Shown piece after piece: positions 1-13,149 of a stretch of 64,000 bases of DNA. The stretch is taken from NCBI GenBank assembly GCA_011109175.1, contig RDEW01000005.1:1608657-1672656 (forward strand), read 5' to 3'. This DNA is from Dicyema japonicum. Its lineage: Eukaryota; Animalia; Dicyemida. Every line of letters begins with the position of its first letter. Positions within the stretch are counted from its first letter, which is position 1. A program made the translations under genes and the position numbers. Under the pieces are notes generated by a model. That model worked only from the letters and a program-made list of their open reading frames with translations, was not told where the DNA came from and did no database searches.

Positions 1-1128
1 AACGACCACTTGACTCTAAACACCTTCTGCATTCTCTTTGTGTGGTAAATCTCCCTTTAAATCAGCCACAATGATTCCTAACCTCGAACTTCCAGAGTTT
101 ATGTCGAAAATTCTGATGCTCTTGTCATAGCCAGCAGAAACCAACTCTCGCCCAGTGGGACTGTAGTCCACGTCAAAACTGAGAACTCAAACTTAAAACA
201 AACCAGCAGCCACGTGCCCATATGACGTTGTATGGTCTACCCATGCAACGAATGTCAAATGTGTAGAGATTATAGTCCTCATTAGCCACAGTCAACATGA
301 AGGGTTCCATGGGATTCCAGCACAATCTGTTTGACCTCATCTGCGTGGTTATCTAGTCGAATAAATAAGAAAGGAGACTTTTCTGAGTGGATTGGCTGCT
401 CGGATGTCGTACAGTGTTATGCAACGGTCAGAAGCCACAGAAGCGACGTAGTTAGTCTCGGTGAGATTAAACTTGACGTCATTGATACTATCATCTCCCC
501 ATGTGAATTCCCTCAAAGGTTCATCCCTGCTCTCGTCCCACAAAGATACTGAGTTACCACAGCAAACAAAGATATCTTCTTTATAGTGATGATCCATTCC
601 GAGCAAAATATCTCTTGAAAGAATTTTGTGGACAGCTTGATCCCCCCCTTGCAGATCCCAACGGTTTATAACGTTATCAGTTCCACACTAATAAGAATGA
701 AAAACAGAGTAAAAATAACGGCATCGACCCAAAGCAGATTCCATTGACACAGCCAACGTGGGCATCCTTAAAACTCGAAGACAGCTTCTTTGAGCAACAT
801 TCCATTGACGAATCTCCATGAAATACAAAGGAAACCTCACCATCGAATGAACCAGTAAGGAGAATGGAAAGATCTGTGGGACTGCATGTGATCGAATTGA
901 TTGAGTCACTGTGGCCTGCAGATCCCCAATGAAAGGTTTCGCAAAGACACGTTCCAGTTTGACTGCATTTAGAGCACGTGTGTATTCACGGGCCATTTCA
1001 AAAGGGTGCAATTTTGGGTCATAATTACGATGGACTTAAATTAATAAAGTTAAACTACTCTTATGGACATCTTTCTTAGTGTCACGGGTGTATTCGTTAG
1101 GATCACGATTTAAAACACGAATCCTCAT
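1..1128 (-). CDS. DCAF13: DCAF13/WDSOF1 (Sof1) WD40 U3 snoRNP protein, multi-exon, 3' part runs off the window
   Basis: ATG at 1128 gives MRIRVLNRDPNEYTRDTKKDVHK, then a 24-nt intron (1035-1058), then HRNYDPKLHPFEMAREYTRALNAVKLERVFAKPF (Sof1 N-terminus). Later exons read SLWDESRDEPLREFTWGDDSINDVKFN and VLDVDYSPTGREFVSAGYDKSIRIFD. One apparent -1 frameshift near 915-920. Confidence 0.92.
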
Positions 1129-1254
1129 TAGATAATAAAATGAACGTGCTTATTTTAAATTTTGATTTATATATATTTATAAATAACACTTTATTAAACC
1201 AACTAAAAAAGTTACTATTTAAAAGTAAATAAATAAAATTACTGTTTAATCATT

Positions 1255-1610
1255 AGCAACCTTCATCGCCTACCTGTTCTCCAGTTTCCTCGGGCAGGTT
1301 GAATTCTGTTTGCTTGGAAAGCTTCGAGACCGTATTTTCCAATTGAGCCCTCTGCCCATATGGCATTTCTTGGCTCTGCCTCCTGCACTCCAATGTAAGG
1401 CTCTCTGGGGTTGCTCTAAAACAGTGGAATGTAGGTAGTCCTGGAGCTTCCAATCTACTTTTAGCTGTCTTATATACTCCCTGTAATACTTAGTTCTAAT
1501 TCCTCCCACGTCATTACTGTCGGAATAACGAGGAGCTTGCAAACAAACATCTGCTCCATCTCGTTTGCAAGCAATTCATACTTCCTTTTTTCTCCACCCC
1601 CACAGTTTCA
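1255..1610 (-). mobile_element. 3' relic of a REL-endonuclease non-LTR retrotransposon (R4/NeSL-like)
   Basis: Frameshifted reading EKKRKYELLANEMEQMFVCKLLVIPTVMTW-GIRTKYYREYIRQL matches the C-terminal half of the PD-(D/E)xK REL domain. Same family as 12240-12830. Confidence 0.65.
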
Positions 1611-1979
1611 CGTGGTAAATATAGCCTCTCCTTACTGTCTGCCAGCACATGGACTATATATTTATAATAAAATTAATTTTTACTATAAATAAAACTTATA
1701 CTAAATTCTTTACGGAAAGTTCTTACAAATATTGTGCTGGAACCAATAAAAGGACTCGTTTACAAATACTTAATAGAAAGCCAAAGATGGAGGTGTGCAA
1801 CACATCAAAAATAAAATAACGCCATCAACATTCTGGGGATAGACTTATCAAGATTCTTTGACATGGTTAACAGGCATAAACTAGTGGGGGTAGTGGAACA
1901 ATCCCTTTATAAGAATATCCTAAGAATTATTGAATTTTACTCTCCAATACAAAGCTCTTTGTATAAGTCGGAAAGACCT

Positions 1980-2520
1980 ATATGTTGTCCAATTAAGTCG
2001 TGTCCGACCCTTGGAGATCTCATGAACGAGTTTCCTCCACTCTCCCCGATCCGTTGCAATTTGGAGTAGCCTTGATATAGGCATTCCCGTGACGTCTTCC
2101 ACCCTGGATAGCCACCGAGTCCTCGGTCGGCCAGGTCTTCTCTTCCCAGTAATATTGCTCAGCATAATGGTTCTTTCCAGTGAATCAGAGCGGACAACAT
2201 GCCCAAAAAACGCCAATCTGTGTTTTACGATTCTTCCTTCTAGCGAAATGTCCGTCTCTACCCGTTTGAGTACATCGATGTTTGTTATTTTGGAAGTCCA
2301 AGGGATTCTTAGTAACCTCCTCCAGCACCACAGCTCAAAATCATCAATTTTTCGTCTATCCGCCTTTTTCAATATCCATGATTCTGCGCCGTATAGTAAT
2401 TTAATTTATCTGGATTTTCAGTCGTCCAGTGAACATAGCATAATTTAATTTATCTGCACACTCCTCAAGGGGATTCTCTAACTTGTACTGTTTACGATTA
2501 ATTTGTATAGCGTTATGAGT
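1980..2520 (-). mobile_element. RTE (BovB-like) LINE, 3' fragment
   Basis: ORF 1920-2372 contains FELWCWRRLLRIPWT, HRLAFFGHVVR and GKRRPGRPRTRW, and ends with GGGTCGGACACGACTT, the typical RTE-BovB 3' terminus. Confidence 0.9.
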
Positions 2521-2611
2521 GATCTCATAACAAAAGAAAAATACTAGAAATAATACATGCAGACAATGTCGACCTAATTTCCGAAGACAGGGCGTTCTTT
2601 TATTTTTTTAT

Positions 2612-3540
2612 TTTAATAACCCCGGGAACACAGAGAAAGAAAGACAAAAGAGTCAAACAGTTAGGTGATCCCAGTCCTCGCAATCAATTGTGCCATTCTA
2701 CGTCTGTGATCTTCCATCGTCCCCACTACTTTCCGGAAGAGCCTTCTCTCGGTTTTGCAGAGGAATCCGATCGGGGAGGGGAATTTCTTATCCAATCGGT
2801 TTTCTCTTGCCATGGAAAGGATCAGGCGAAGCGGATTTCTATCTTCCTCACAGACGCTAAGAAATCCGGAGCCACGACTACGGATCTTAGCTTCCATGAG
2901 TAGTGGGTCGACTGTTGATCCATTACGTGGGCAAAGCATACTGATTGTTTTCCGTTATATCGAGTTGATTCTTTGGACCATAGACTCCGATAGCGCGAAT
3001 CTCCATGCAACAGAGGCATCCAAATGGATCCAAAAGGACGGGAATAACTCCAATTTGACAGTAATCTGCTCCAAAGTCTTGTCGGAGCCAAGAAGCTCTG
3101 AGGTTCGTTGAGTTGTATCCATAAAAGGAATATCGTTCTTTATAATAGTAAGTAGTCCTCCTCCGCGTCCTCCCTGACGATCTTTACGGATCACTGTGTA
3201 TCCGGGAAAAGAGGGTGTTGGTATGGAAGGAGATAGCTTGGACTCCTGTATTAAAGCGAGGTCAGCCTCATTTTCGCGGAGGAGTGCCCGGAGTTCAAAG
3301 ATTTTCTTCCTGATCCCATTCGTATTCAGTTGTATAATTGTAAAACCTCTCCATGGACCAGGATTGGTTTAGACGTCTCCACATAGAAGAATCAAAAGTC
3401 TGGACAAATGGGGACACCAGACAGGGTCGAAGACACAGGAGATGAAAGGACCACCGGACAGTGGGGAGAAGCTGTTGGCTCTTTTCGTTCCTTTTTTGGA
3501 ATGGGTGACACCATTTCTGGTGAGGCACATGACACTACGC
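2612..3540 (-). mobile_element. Internally deleted Ingi/Vingi-like retroelement (pseudoknot + 2A + APE N-terminus fused to 3' end, RT missing)
   Basis: Order on the minus strand: pseudoknot 3476-3535, ILLCGDV*TNPGP (3354-3392), APE start IIQLNTNG...LIQESKL...RKDRQGGRGGGLLTII, then directly the C-terminal region ending ARTGIT* and the tail CTCTGTGTTCCCGGGGTTATTAAAATAA. Confidence 0.85.
3476..3535 (-). ncRNA. Candidate HDV-like double-pseudoknot RNA (degenerate copy)
   Basis: P2 TGCCTC/GAGCCA (1 mismatch), P3 ACC/GGT, P4 TTCC/GGAA, J4/2 CGAAAA, P1 partly mismatched. Confidence 0.4.
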
Positions 3541-3683
3541 TAATAACATATCCAGGGCGTTCTTGGAAAATATATTGAAAAGCTCGGGATCTACTTATGA
3601 AATGATTTCTAACTCTCAACATACAAAACAAAATTCACGGAAATAAGGAAAATGAGTAACATTCTTTAAGAAAGGTGGTGATA

Positions 3684-4290
3684 TTAAAAAAAACTCTGTT
3701 CCTCTAGGGGAAAGTGAGGAGAAGAAAAACCTTGGAAAATGTGACTATGCATAAACTTATGGCTTAAACCAAAAGGCATCAGCATCAAACTAAGGATACT
3801 GCTATGCAACTTCTTTATAAATTCTGGTGTATAACGCTGGACTTGGGGTACCTCATAAAAGGGAGTGGAGAGGCTGGAATCTTCCCACATGAATCAACTG
3901 AGATAAATAACAGGAATGGGCTGGCCGACCAGGATCTCATGCGAAGAAATCTATAAGAAATGCGGATGTAAGCTGACAGGCCTGGAGATAATGGAGTCTT
4001 GCTGGAGATTTCGGGAATATCGTAGGATGAAGTCAGCATCCTCGCCGAACAGAGCAATGGAAGACTACCATGTTTGTTTCGTGGAAGGTTGATCATAACT
4101 TTGCTGGTCGTTTTAGAAAATGACTTGAAAAACCTGCAAAAGAATTGAAATCCGCGGATGACCGGCCTCCTTGAGACTCTTGGCTGACAATAGATGTTTG
4201 TGGAAAAAGTTGACACTTCAAAGTGTTTATTTTGCCGCACATTGTTTCCTTTGACTTTTCTGAGTTATTTGTATAAGGACTCAATTGAAA
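3684..4290 (-). CDS. Possible unassigned host gene with micro-introns
   Basis: Coding-like composition with short ORFs separated by GT..AG segments of about 25-30 nt. No recognisable domain. Confidence 0.2.
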
Positions 4291-4694
4291 GTGTCTAATA
4301 TTACAAAACCGAACAATCCTAACAGTAAAGGAGTTCTATAACAATTCGCAATTATCCGAACATTATGCTATGCTGACTGGACGACTGAAAATGCAGATAA
4401 ATTAAATTATGGAAACCACGAGGTATGGAAATTACGTACGCTGACGTTGCGGACTTTGTCTTATCGAGAAGGAATCTGTACGATAACTGCTTGAGGCAGG
4501 GGTGGGTTCATTAGGCAAGTATTTTTTTACAATTTTAAAAAAAATGGAATATGACATTTCATGGATCCTAAAAATCTTACATCGTGCATCCTACATTTTT
4601 TGTCTGTAATTTAGGGATTTTGATGTATTTTAGTCAGTCACTTTGTCCATGTTCACAAGAAGAAAAGCAAGGATTTTTATCCGCCATTAAAATT

Positions 4695-4925
4695 AAATTA
4701 TTTCAAAGACCAAGGGTAAAACCAAATTAAATAATTCCATGATTCTGACACGCTCCAGCTGAACCCTCAGTCAAACACAGTGATCCAAAGGGCGTCGTCC
4801 GGGGAGCTGAAGGTCGATTCCAGAACTCATCACCAGGGAGCGAAATTTTCTCCCGATGGAATGAATAGATGGATCCAATGACGCCACCAGAAAGAAGAGT
4901 ATTCCTAAATCAAGTAGCCACGTGA
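4695..4925 (-). mobile_element. Short non-autonomous Vingi-like element, pseudoknot internally deleted
   Basis: Inverted homolog of 5329-5595, sharing GACCAAGGGTAAAACCAAA, GGAGCGAAATT and TGGTGGCGTCATT(G/C)GATCCA. Confidence 0.7.
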
Positions 4926-5059
4926 CCATTAAAAGTACATAAAATTATAATGAAGCGACGTAGACATTTCATGTAATAAAAGTACGTCCGTCAATCTAAA
5001 TTAGACATTATCAAAATGAGACAAAAAATAAAGCAGAAAAAAAGAATTAGCAGTAAAAG

Positions 5060-5328
5060 TGAACGTAGTCTGCAAGCTACTCCACTCATAATCTCTTCAG
5101 TCTCTTGGGGAACTACTAGTTATGGACAACACATGTGTCGACTTCTATTTCCTACTAACATCATCGTGAACGCCGTAAAATCACTCTTCACTGCAGAACA
5201 GGCGAAGAAAGCTAAAGGGAAGAAATACCAAAAGTTCATCTCCAGGTTAACATTTTATGAGATTGACGTCGAGACGACCGGAGTGATAAGTAAAAAGTAT
5301 TTGTCTTTGCTTAGGAACTTGGAACAGT
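5060..5328 (+). mobile_element. CRE-like element, REL C-terminal fragment
   Basis: ORF 5016-5357 contains VSWGTT...TAEQAKKAKGKKYQKF...FYEIDVETTGVI, resembling the AE.AE..K..KY...F.P.A.ET.G pattern. Confidence 0.5.
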
Positions 5329-5595
5329 CGCGTGGTACCATATGGCTCCTTGATTGAACATTTCTGTTCCTTCCCTCTGGTGGCGTCATTCGATCCACCA
5401 ATGGCTGGCCCGCATTCAAAAGAATCCATCTCTTCATTCCACCAGGAGACAATTTCGCTCCCTAGCGAAGAGTTCTGAAATCGACCTCAGCTTCCCAGAG
5501 AACATCTTCTGGATCACTTTACTTGTGTGAGGATTCTGCTGGAACTCGTCAGGGTCAGTTAGTTTGGTTTTACCCTTGGTCTTTTGAATAATTTA
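5329..5595 (+). mobile_element. Short non-autonomous Vingi-like element
   Basis: Head CGCGTGGTACCATATGG, degenerate pseudoknot GGCGTCA..GATCCACC..CAAAAGAATCC (5382-5426), internal GGATCAC, T-rich tail. Confidence 0.7.
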
Positions 5596-5844
5596 ATTAC
5601 TTTGATGTGTTGATTTTCCAGTGCAATATCGATCTTCGAGAATTATCTGAGATAATTTTTTGTCTTGTAGAAGGAATACAATCATTTACTTGAGGTCCTT
5701 CTGAGCCATTACTCCTTGATAACAGATCACAGTTGCCTGGTGGGAATAACCAATTAAAATAAAATTTTTAGTCTGCGACTCAAAAAATTGTTGATCGAGT
5801 TTCTGATACCTCTCTACTCATACCTATTTATCGTACTCTCAGTC

Positions 5845-7275
5845 TGTCTGTCCAACATTGAAGCAACTAGCAGAAAGGATAGTAAAAAGGGTACTAGTAC
5901 ATTTGGCCGACAATTCAATGAGACAATGCCATATAATGGAGACGTGAGCTGAAAGGAAAATGCAAAAGGCTGAGTAAGAACTGTTGACGAAGAACTTAAT
6001 GGAACTATGACACCACACGAACATCCACCAAATACAGGACGTTTACATGCGCTGAAATACGATAAAGAAGAGAGCGAGAGATTCTGAAGAAACTACATCC
6101 ACAGTTATCCAAAATTTTTTAAGCACATACCCTATTGATGCTACTTGTGCGCTACCCAAAAAAACCCTTGCACGTACTGTTGGACGACAGCGTACAAATC
6201 AAATACAAGACGGTAATGTTCTAACTGATGAACTTAAAAGTACTCTCAGAGGAGATGATTTTGTGCTACACGATAGTGATGGATGGCTTATATTAACAAC
6301 AGCAAGAAACCTTGATCTTATGTCTATGAAAGAACATGTACGGTTTCATCAGTGTACGCTATTGCTCGATAAAAATCTCAACAAATGTATGAACAAATAT
6401 TTTCAACACTGAAAGAGAAAAGGCCACAATTGAATCCACTATCATTTACCATAGATTATGAGCGAGCAGCGATCAATGCTATCAACAGAATTTTTCCAAA
6501 TGCAAATGTGTATGGCTGCTACTTTGGGAAGTGTTTATGGCGAAAAATACAAAATCTAGGACTGCAGACATGGTATAATGACCCAGCAAATGCAAACTTA
6601 ATTAAAAGTATTCAAGCACTGGCATTGAGAGTTTCCGAGTGCTCCTTGAAACTATAGATGACGAGACTGATGACGTGTTGGGAGATTTTCTGACCTATTT
6701 TGAGACAACATGGATCGGAGCCTTGCAACGTGGAAGGAGAAGAAGACCATTGTTTAGTTTAGAAATATGGAATGTACACGACAGGCAGGCAGAAGGCCTC
6801 CCAAGGACTACGAATTCACTTGAAGGATGGCACAGATCTTTTTCACAAAGAGTGTCTATAAAACATCCAACCGTTTGTAGGCTTGTTGCAAAAATACGAA
6901 AAGAACAGTCAGAATGGGAGCTCAGTAGAACAAGTGATGGCCGGAATAACAATGAGACAAGTAAAGAAGTACCAGGATGTGAACAAAAGGATAAATTATT
7001 GAAAAATATGATGAATACACTCCAGTAGAATTTTTGAGTGCGTTTTTTCATAACCTTTAAGTAAATCTTACTGTTTTACCTACAGAACAATGAGTATTTA
7101 TGTAACTTTTTAACTCATTTTATTTGATGTTTTTATCTTGAATTTTATCTCTGAATTTCAAAACAATGTGCTAATAAAAAGTATGCCATATTTTTCTTAG
7201 TTATTTGTGCTAAATTTCCTGTAAGCTAAATGTCTGTAGCGGCTAAATGTCTGTAGGCCAAATGTCTGGACACCA
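5845..7275 (+). mobile_element. MULE (Mutator-like) DNA transposon, degenerate
   Basis: Frameshifted transposase: FTIDYERAAINAINRIFPNANVYGCYF..CLWRKIQNLGL, then FLTYFETTWIG...WNVHDR...RTTNSLEGWH. Right terminus has MULE-type repeated GCTAAATGTCTGTAG units ending GGACACC (7225-7275). Confidence 0.85.
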
Positions 7276-7426
7276 GTAAAAAGTACGGCGCAAGGGGAAC
7301 CTTAAGTATTCATTTATGGAAAACACGGTAGTGCTAACTAACTCAAATCGATAAATTAACACTATTATGTAGTTTCCATGGAAATTATTACTAATTGTGT
7401 TGTACGCAAATAAAATAGATTTGGAT

Positions 7427-7978
<552 letters not shown>

Positions 7979-8399
7979 TTTTTTATCGTTCTATCTCTAA
8001 TAATTATTTTTTTAGTTGAAAATTAAGGTCACGTGTAAGTCAGAAGTTAATTTAGAAACAAATTTATATGTGTTTTGACCAGTGACTCATTTGGTGTTCT
8101 CCGCTAGTAACTCTGCTTATAACACATTTCTCTGTGACATTTTTTCCACAAATTGGGGGTGTATCTCAAAAAATAAAGGCGGTGCCTAGGAATCTTGTTA
8201 TGCAACTCAATTGACATATGTTGCTTTAACATTTAAAAGGAACATGGTTGAAACCGCTGAGAAAACATCTAGTTTGTCGAATCAATGGGAACTTGTAAAT
8301 TGCTATTCTGGGAAGTTCTCCTGTGTTCCTGTAAGTCAGAAGTTATTTATTTCCTGTGTTCCTATGGATATTGTTAGTTAAATGCACTCACCCGTTACC

Positions 8400-8540
8400 C
8401 ATAAGCGTATGAATACTTAGGGTTCCGCTTGTTGCCCTGCTCTTCACTATCCATTCTACTAGTAACTTTCCTCTTCCACCCATAAGGTCTCCCGTTTATT
8501 GTTCGAAGACAGTCCTCTGACTTTGAAAGTTGCAATTGTA
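8400..8540 (-). mobile_element. RTE 3'-end relic
   Basis: Ends in ACAAGCGGAACCCTAA, matching the CACAAGCGGAACCTTAA terminus at about 13300 and related ends at about 7285, 18400 and 53130. Confidence 0.5.
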
Positions 8541-9269
8541 AACGGGGTAGAATAGACAGGCTGAGTGCGATAAAGACAAATATTATTCGAGAGGAGTCAA
8601 CCACTCAACCAACCAAGAAGAGTAAAAAAAGTTAATAAAAATTGAAAATTTATTACAAGACCTTATCTGAATTCAAAAGAAGATAACGCTGTATAGCGTT
8701 TTGGAGAGGTGTATGGCGTGAAAGAGGTGAATGTTGTTGATGAGTGAATCACTTGTGTGAAAAATACAATACCGGATTTACAGACGACTTCATTAAAGGA
8801 GTGATAAAATGATGTGAATGCGACAGAATTTATAAGTTAAGACCCTTTTCACCTGGCGGACATCATTTCATTCTTAGGGACCAGATTTTTCATAATGTAA
8901 TCATCACCAGTAGATTTCGTCAGGAGGAGGTAATCATTGCAAGGAAAATAAAAAGACTGTTGATCACTTGGCCTGAGTTCACAACGAATTGATCATGTGC
9001 GTACATTTGCATTTTCGCGGAATGTACAGTGTTAAAGAGGCGAAAGGGTTGAAGGGCCACTCAGTTAATATATTTAACACACAATGTTCAGAATTAAATG
9101 GATAGGCTAAGAAGACATTATAAACCCGAAATTTTGAACAAAAGACTTCTTGGAGGATCATCTGAAACTACACGTATAGGATAATGGTTGCTGTTTCTGG
9201 GGATCGTCCCTATGCGTCAGAAAATCTGGAGAAATATTTATTGAGTTGGTTTTAATGGAAAATTCAAGA

Positions 9270-9600
9270 TCATGTTTACCTACTAACGGGTCCCACGAGG
9301 ATCTCCTCTGCCTCCAATTATATTTAATTTGTTGCTACACGATATGCCTACAATTGTGGACTTGTATTCTATGCGGACGATTTCATTATTGTCGCAGTAG
9401 TTGCCGCAGTGGTCCAGTCACATCTTCAACAGGTTTTTTACTGACTATCCCCCATTTTACTGCAAATGGGAGGTTCAAAGATGAACTTGAGCTATTTCCT
9501 GGCGATATCAACCTCCCATCTACGAGATGTCAAAGGATCATCAGCATCAATTTTGACACATTAAAAACATTTACTCGTCACGCTGATGTTTTCAAATAAT
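9270..9600 (+). mobile_element. Vingi-like RT fragment
   Basis: Reads NG-VPRGSPLPPIIFNLLLHDMP...FYADDFIIVA with frameshifts. Confidence 0.7.
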
Positions 9601-9780
9601 AAGGCTATTTTTCGTGAGGTTATTTTTTATAATTGCAAAAAATAAAACACCTCACTTTTCTGATGAACTGTTTTCTCGTGGCAGAAATTTCTTGGAGTTG
9701 ATTTTTCATTTAAATTTAAACAAGTTCTTTCTCGAATGATACAATGGTTGGTGATATCTTGTCCCAGACAGTCCATGCCT

Positions 9781-10381
9781 TATAAGCAAGGCAACATAAG
9801 TCAATAGAGTCAATTTTGATTCAGAGTTAGACTATAGTCTAAAAATAATGATTAATTTAAAAAAATGTCAAAAAAAGGTTTCTATAAATAGATTTTTAGG
9901 TCAATTAGGTCAACTTTTTAGATTTTTAGGTCAATTTTTAAATAAATTTAAATAATATAATTAAATCATAATTTTAAGCATCAAAATAGATTTAAAATAA
10001 TCGGCGTGACATTTGTCTTATTGCAACAAATCTTTAACTAAATTATACATATGCCTAAAAATAAGCCTTCCGATTTTAAAAAAGCTAAAAATATTTGTGA
10101 CAAATAACCCAAAGAGTTTTCAATTACACAGAATGGAATGCTTTTTTGTAAATTATGTTTTACCCGTAACTTGCAAGAAACAATTTTTTGTGGACAAACA
10201 CAGGGAAACACAGAAGCACTCTTCACGAATAAATACATCCACAAATAAAAAACAATTGAATATTGTTAAAATGATTTCTTCAAAAATTTTTCAATTTTTA
10301 AAATTTTAAGATCAATTCAATTGAATTTTTAAGGGCAATTTTTATTTTTTTAAGTCAATAAAAATGTTGCCCTACTTATAA
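9781..10381. mobile_element. MITE / non-autonomous TIR element
   Basis: 18-bp inverted repeats TTATAAGCAAGGCAACAT (9780-9797) and ATGTTGCCCTACTTATAA (10364-10381) with 2 mismatches. AT-rich interior with repeated (A/G)GTCAAT sub-terminal motifs. Confidence 0.6.
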
Positions 10382-10504
10382 GTCTCCAGTTAGATAAATC
10401 GACTGATATAACCCTCATTAGCATGAGACCAGGCATCCAAAATCTTGTAATAAACGTGCAGGACTAAAAGTAACGTTGATTTTGCATCATGATCTGGAAT
10501 TCTG

Positions 10505-10620
10505 GAGTCGTCTAGGGAATCGGATTTCTACACGAACAGAGATCCCCATGAGCGCTGCTGGTTATTTGAGCGAATTTGCCATCCTGAGAGGGAATAACTA
10601 CGCAGTCAGGCGGCCGCTGT
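10505..10620 (-). repeat. Dispersed structured repeat family X, copy 1
   Basis: Reverse complement matches 33505-33610, 41370-41470 and 48115-48165 (TTCCCTCTCAGGATGG...CGCTCAAATAACC...GGGGATC...AAATCCGATTCCCTAGACGACTC). Confidence 0.8.
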
Positions 10621-10629
10621 ATGATCTCT

Positions 10630-10960
10630 TTATTTATTTTATATAAATCCCAGATCACCGAGAAAGAAAGACAGAAAACAAACAGTTAAGTGATTCCAGT
10701 TCCCGCAATCAATTTTGCCATCAAATGTCTGTGGTCTTCCATTGTCCCCACTACCGTAAGAAAAAACCTTCTCTCATTCCTGTAGAGGAATCCGATTGAA
10801 GAGAGAACTTTTGTACCAATCGGTTTTCTTTTGCTTTGGATATGAACAGGGGAAGCGGATTTTTACCTTCTCACGGATCCTGATCCAGAAATACGAGTCT
10901 TAGCTTCCGAGTGTGGAGTGACTGATGATCCAGTATGAGGGCCCAACCAACATACGAATG
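10630..10960 (-). mobile_element. Vingi-like 3' fragment
   Basis: Clear sibling of 2620-2940 (CAATCAATT.TGCCAT, TCTTCCAT.GTCCCCACTAC, GAGGAATCCGAT). Ends GGAATCACTTAA plus tail. Confidence 0.85.
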
Positions 10961-11099
10961 GTCGTTCGACACTGAAAATTAGTTAAAATAAAATTCAATA
11001 TTAAAAATTAGGACTGTCCAGATTTTTTTCCAAATTTAGGGGTTCTCAGAGAAAAGGTTGAGAAACGCAGTTATAACATCATGACTACTTGCCAATCAA

Positions 11100-11600
11100 C
11101 TTACTCCTTCACCCTCGAAATTCAGCATTACAAAATATTTGAGATTATTTGTTATAATTCCCTTCCTTTCTATCCCACGTGGACCATGTTATACAGAAGG
11201 TCAAGTGAAAATTAACATTGGACACAAAAACACTCCAAAAATAATATTCAAACAATTCATCAGTACTACTCCGACTATTCTAGTTCTACTTGAGTCTCCT
11301 ACTCAAATCTAAAAATAAAGGACTCAAATGTGGGCTTATGATCAATTATTGGTTGTAACCTGCATACGCCTATAAATCACCTACATTGGAAATCTCATAT
11401 CTTTCCAATGGAAGATCACTTATGCTACGAAATCTACAATTCCTCGTCACTCCTACAACCTAACCGAACAAAACGGGAAATCACATAAAAATCCTTTATA
11501 TGGTCATGGACAGCAGCTAGATGCTAAAAAATTCCTTTTCCATCTCAAAAAAGCCTGCCATGAAGATAGAGATTTCGTGTAAACCAAGCCCATTCGTTGC
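11100..11600 (+). mobile_element. Degenerate Vingi-like post-RT fragment
   Basis: FLSHVDHVIQKVK, resembling the F..HV..V..K motif after the RT domain in the other copies. Confidence 0.35.
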
Positions 11601-12239
11601 TTAAAGGGGAACGAGTTCCTATATGACCCTCCTGTTCCACTAGACGACTCGGAAGCAACTCTTGAAGAATAGTATCGCAAATCATCTCGGGACAGTTTCG
11701 CATCTGAAATGTATCTAAATTTTGGTTCTCTTCAAATGACCACTTTTGTGAAATTATAAATCAAGATGACCACCAATGATTCTAAAGGAGTTAGTGAGGG
11801 TCCATCAATCTCAGTAGGACACTTGACGGCAATTGGCCTGACCTTCATGTTAGTGAGGTAGAGATAACTGAATAATATTAAAATCAGAAATATAGACATT
11901 TTTGAAACCGTGAAGGCAATATTTTAGATTAAAATTAAGCGGAGGTGAAGGATAAGATGCTAAATACTCATCTAAGAAGATTAACTTCCAAGGATTAGTA
12001 CAAATAAGTACAAAAGATACGTCTCAAAATTATTTATTGGATTTGCTAATCCTGCTAGACTAGAGAGCAATTAAAGTTGAATTAATAACTTGATGTTCTA
12101 AGAATTTTAGAAGACATTTTACTTTCGGACTCCTGGTTTAATAATAATACTGCACTTTACGAAGAGACATGTTATGTGACATGTTGGACTCATCACCTGT
12201 CATTAAATCATTTTGCCTGTCATTAGTGATAAAATTAAT

Positions 12240-12830
12240 CATAAATCAATTAAAATTATTTATCAAACAATAAGCAAAAGTAATTCTTTCATCAACCTCT
12301 ATTGCCTGTATGGGTGTGTTCACGTCGCTGCACACCCCACATTCAGAGACCACCTTAGGTTGACATTCCATGCTGTCTTCCTCATCAATACACTGCCTTT
12401 CTTCAGCTTGCATACTCTCTAAGTCTTCCATAACACTAGCGTTTGTATATAAGCTTTGACCCTCTCCTCCAGGGCATCAGGTGACCTTTGAAGAATCTGG
12501 GGACAATTCCATCTCAGGTGATGACCACAAGGATTATTTTCACCTTTCCATGATAGATAATCTCAAGTTTGTCCTCCAGTAAGTCATACTTGTGGAACTT
12601 TTCTACCTCGACCTGATTGAGGCAGTTTTGCGAAGTGATCCCAATTTCAACAAGAGTAATCGTATTTTTTTGTATTATCATAAACGAAAATGTCGTGTTT
12701 GTCATTCGTTACAGCCGTATCCTACTGATCGTCGTATCTACACGAATCTCCACAAATTCATTTGCGACAACAGATTGTACTGTATGGGTTGTACGACAAC
12801 AGTTCTTAGTTTTTTTATTCCATATTGACG
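12240..12830 (-). mobile_element. REL-endonuclease non-LTR retrotransposon 3' relic (R4/NeSL-like)
   Basis: VEIRVDT...KNTITLVEIGITSQNCLNQVEVEKFHKYDLLE...KVKIILVVIT*DGIV...KAYIQTLVLWKTLES. Confidence 0.8.
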
Positions 12831-13149
12831 GCAGAGATGGAGATGTAAACTCTGACCACTTTGCTATGCCGCCTGAGAAATGAGTTATTCAGCATTCTTC
12901 CACACATAGTTGCAAGGTGATCGACGGTTTTCTTTGCTGAGTTTCAATCTCCGCACTTATTATATAAATCAATAATAATAACTTTATTATATTTAATTAT
13001 TTTTTCTTGCACGACACTATTTTTGATTTTCCTAAAAGCTGTTTAATCTGAGTATATAAATTATTAATATTAACCTCAAAACACGAAAAGCACGAAAAAG
13101 ACATGTGTGTAATAGAGCCACGTCACCAGCTCAACCAAAATAGGTTCTA

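Noticed and set aside
2755-3111. Plus-strand ORFs over retroelements (also 2089-2448, 6695-7051, 36449-36832, 38294-38791)
   Set aside because: These are antisense or shadow frames of recognisable TE coding sequence.
7225-7275. Short tandem repeat resembling a CRISPR or iteron array
   Set aside because: Three imperfect AAATGTCTG units at a MULE terminus, with no spacers, in a eukaryotic context.
8395-8604. ORF with a hydrophobic N-terminus, KR sites and terminal G, resembling a neuropeptide precursor
   Set aside because: It overlaps an RTE 3'-end relic (ACAAGCGGAACCCTAA terminus) and starts at a non-ATG codon.
12240-12830. Microsporidian origin suggested by this REL element type and the tiny introns
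   Set aside because: aPKC, PDE6D, SMN and TSR/Ig proteins in the same contig argue for an animal host.
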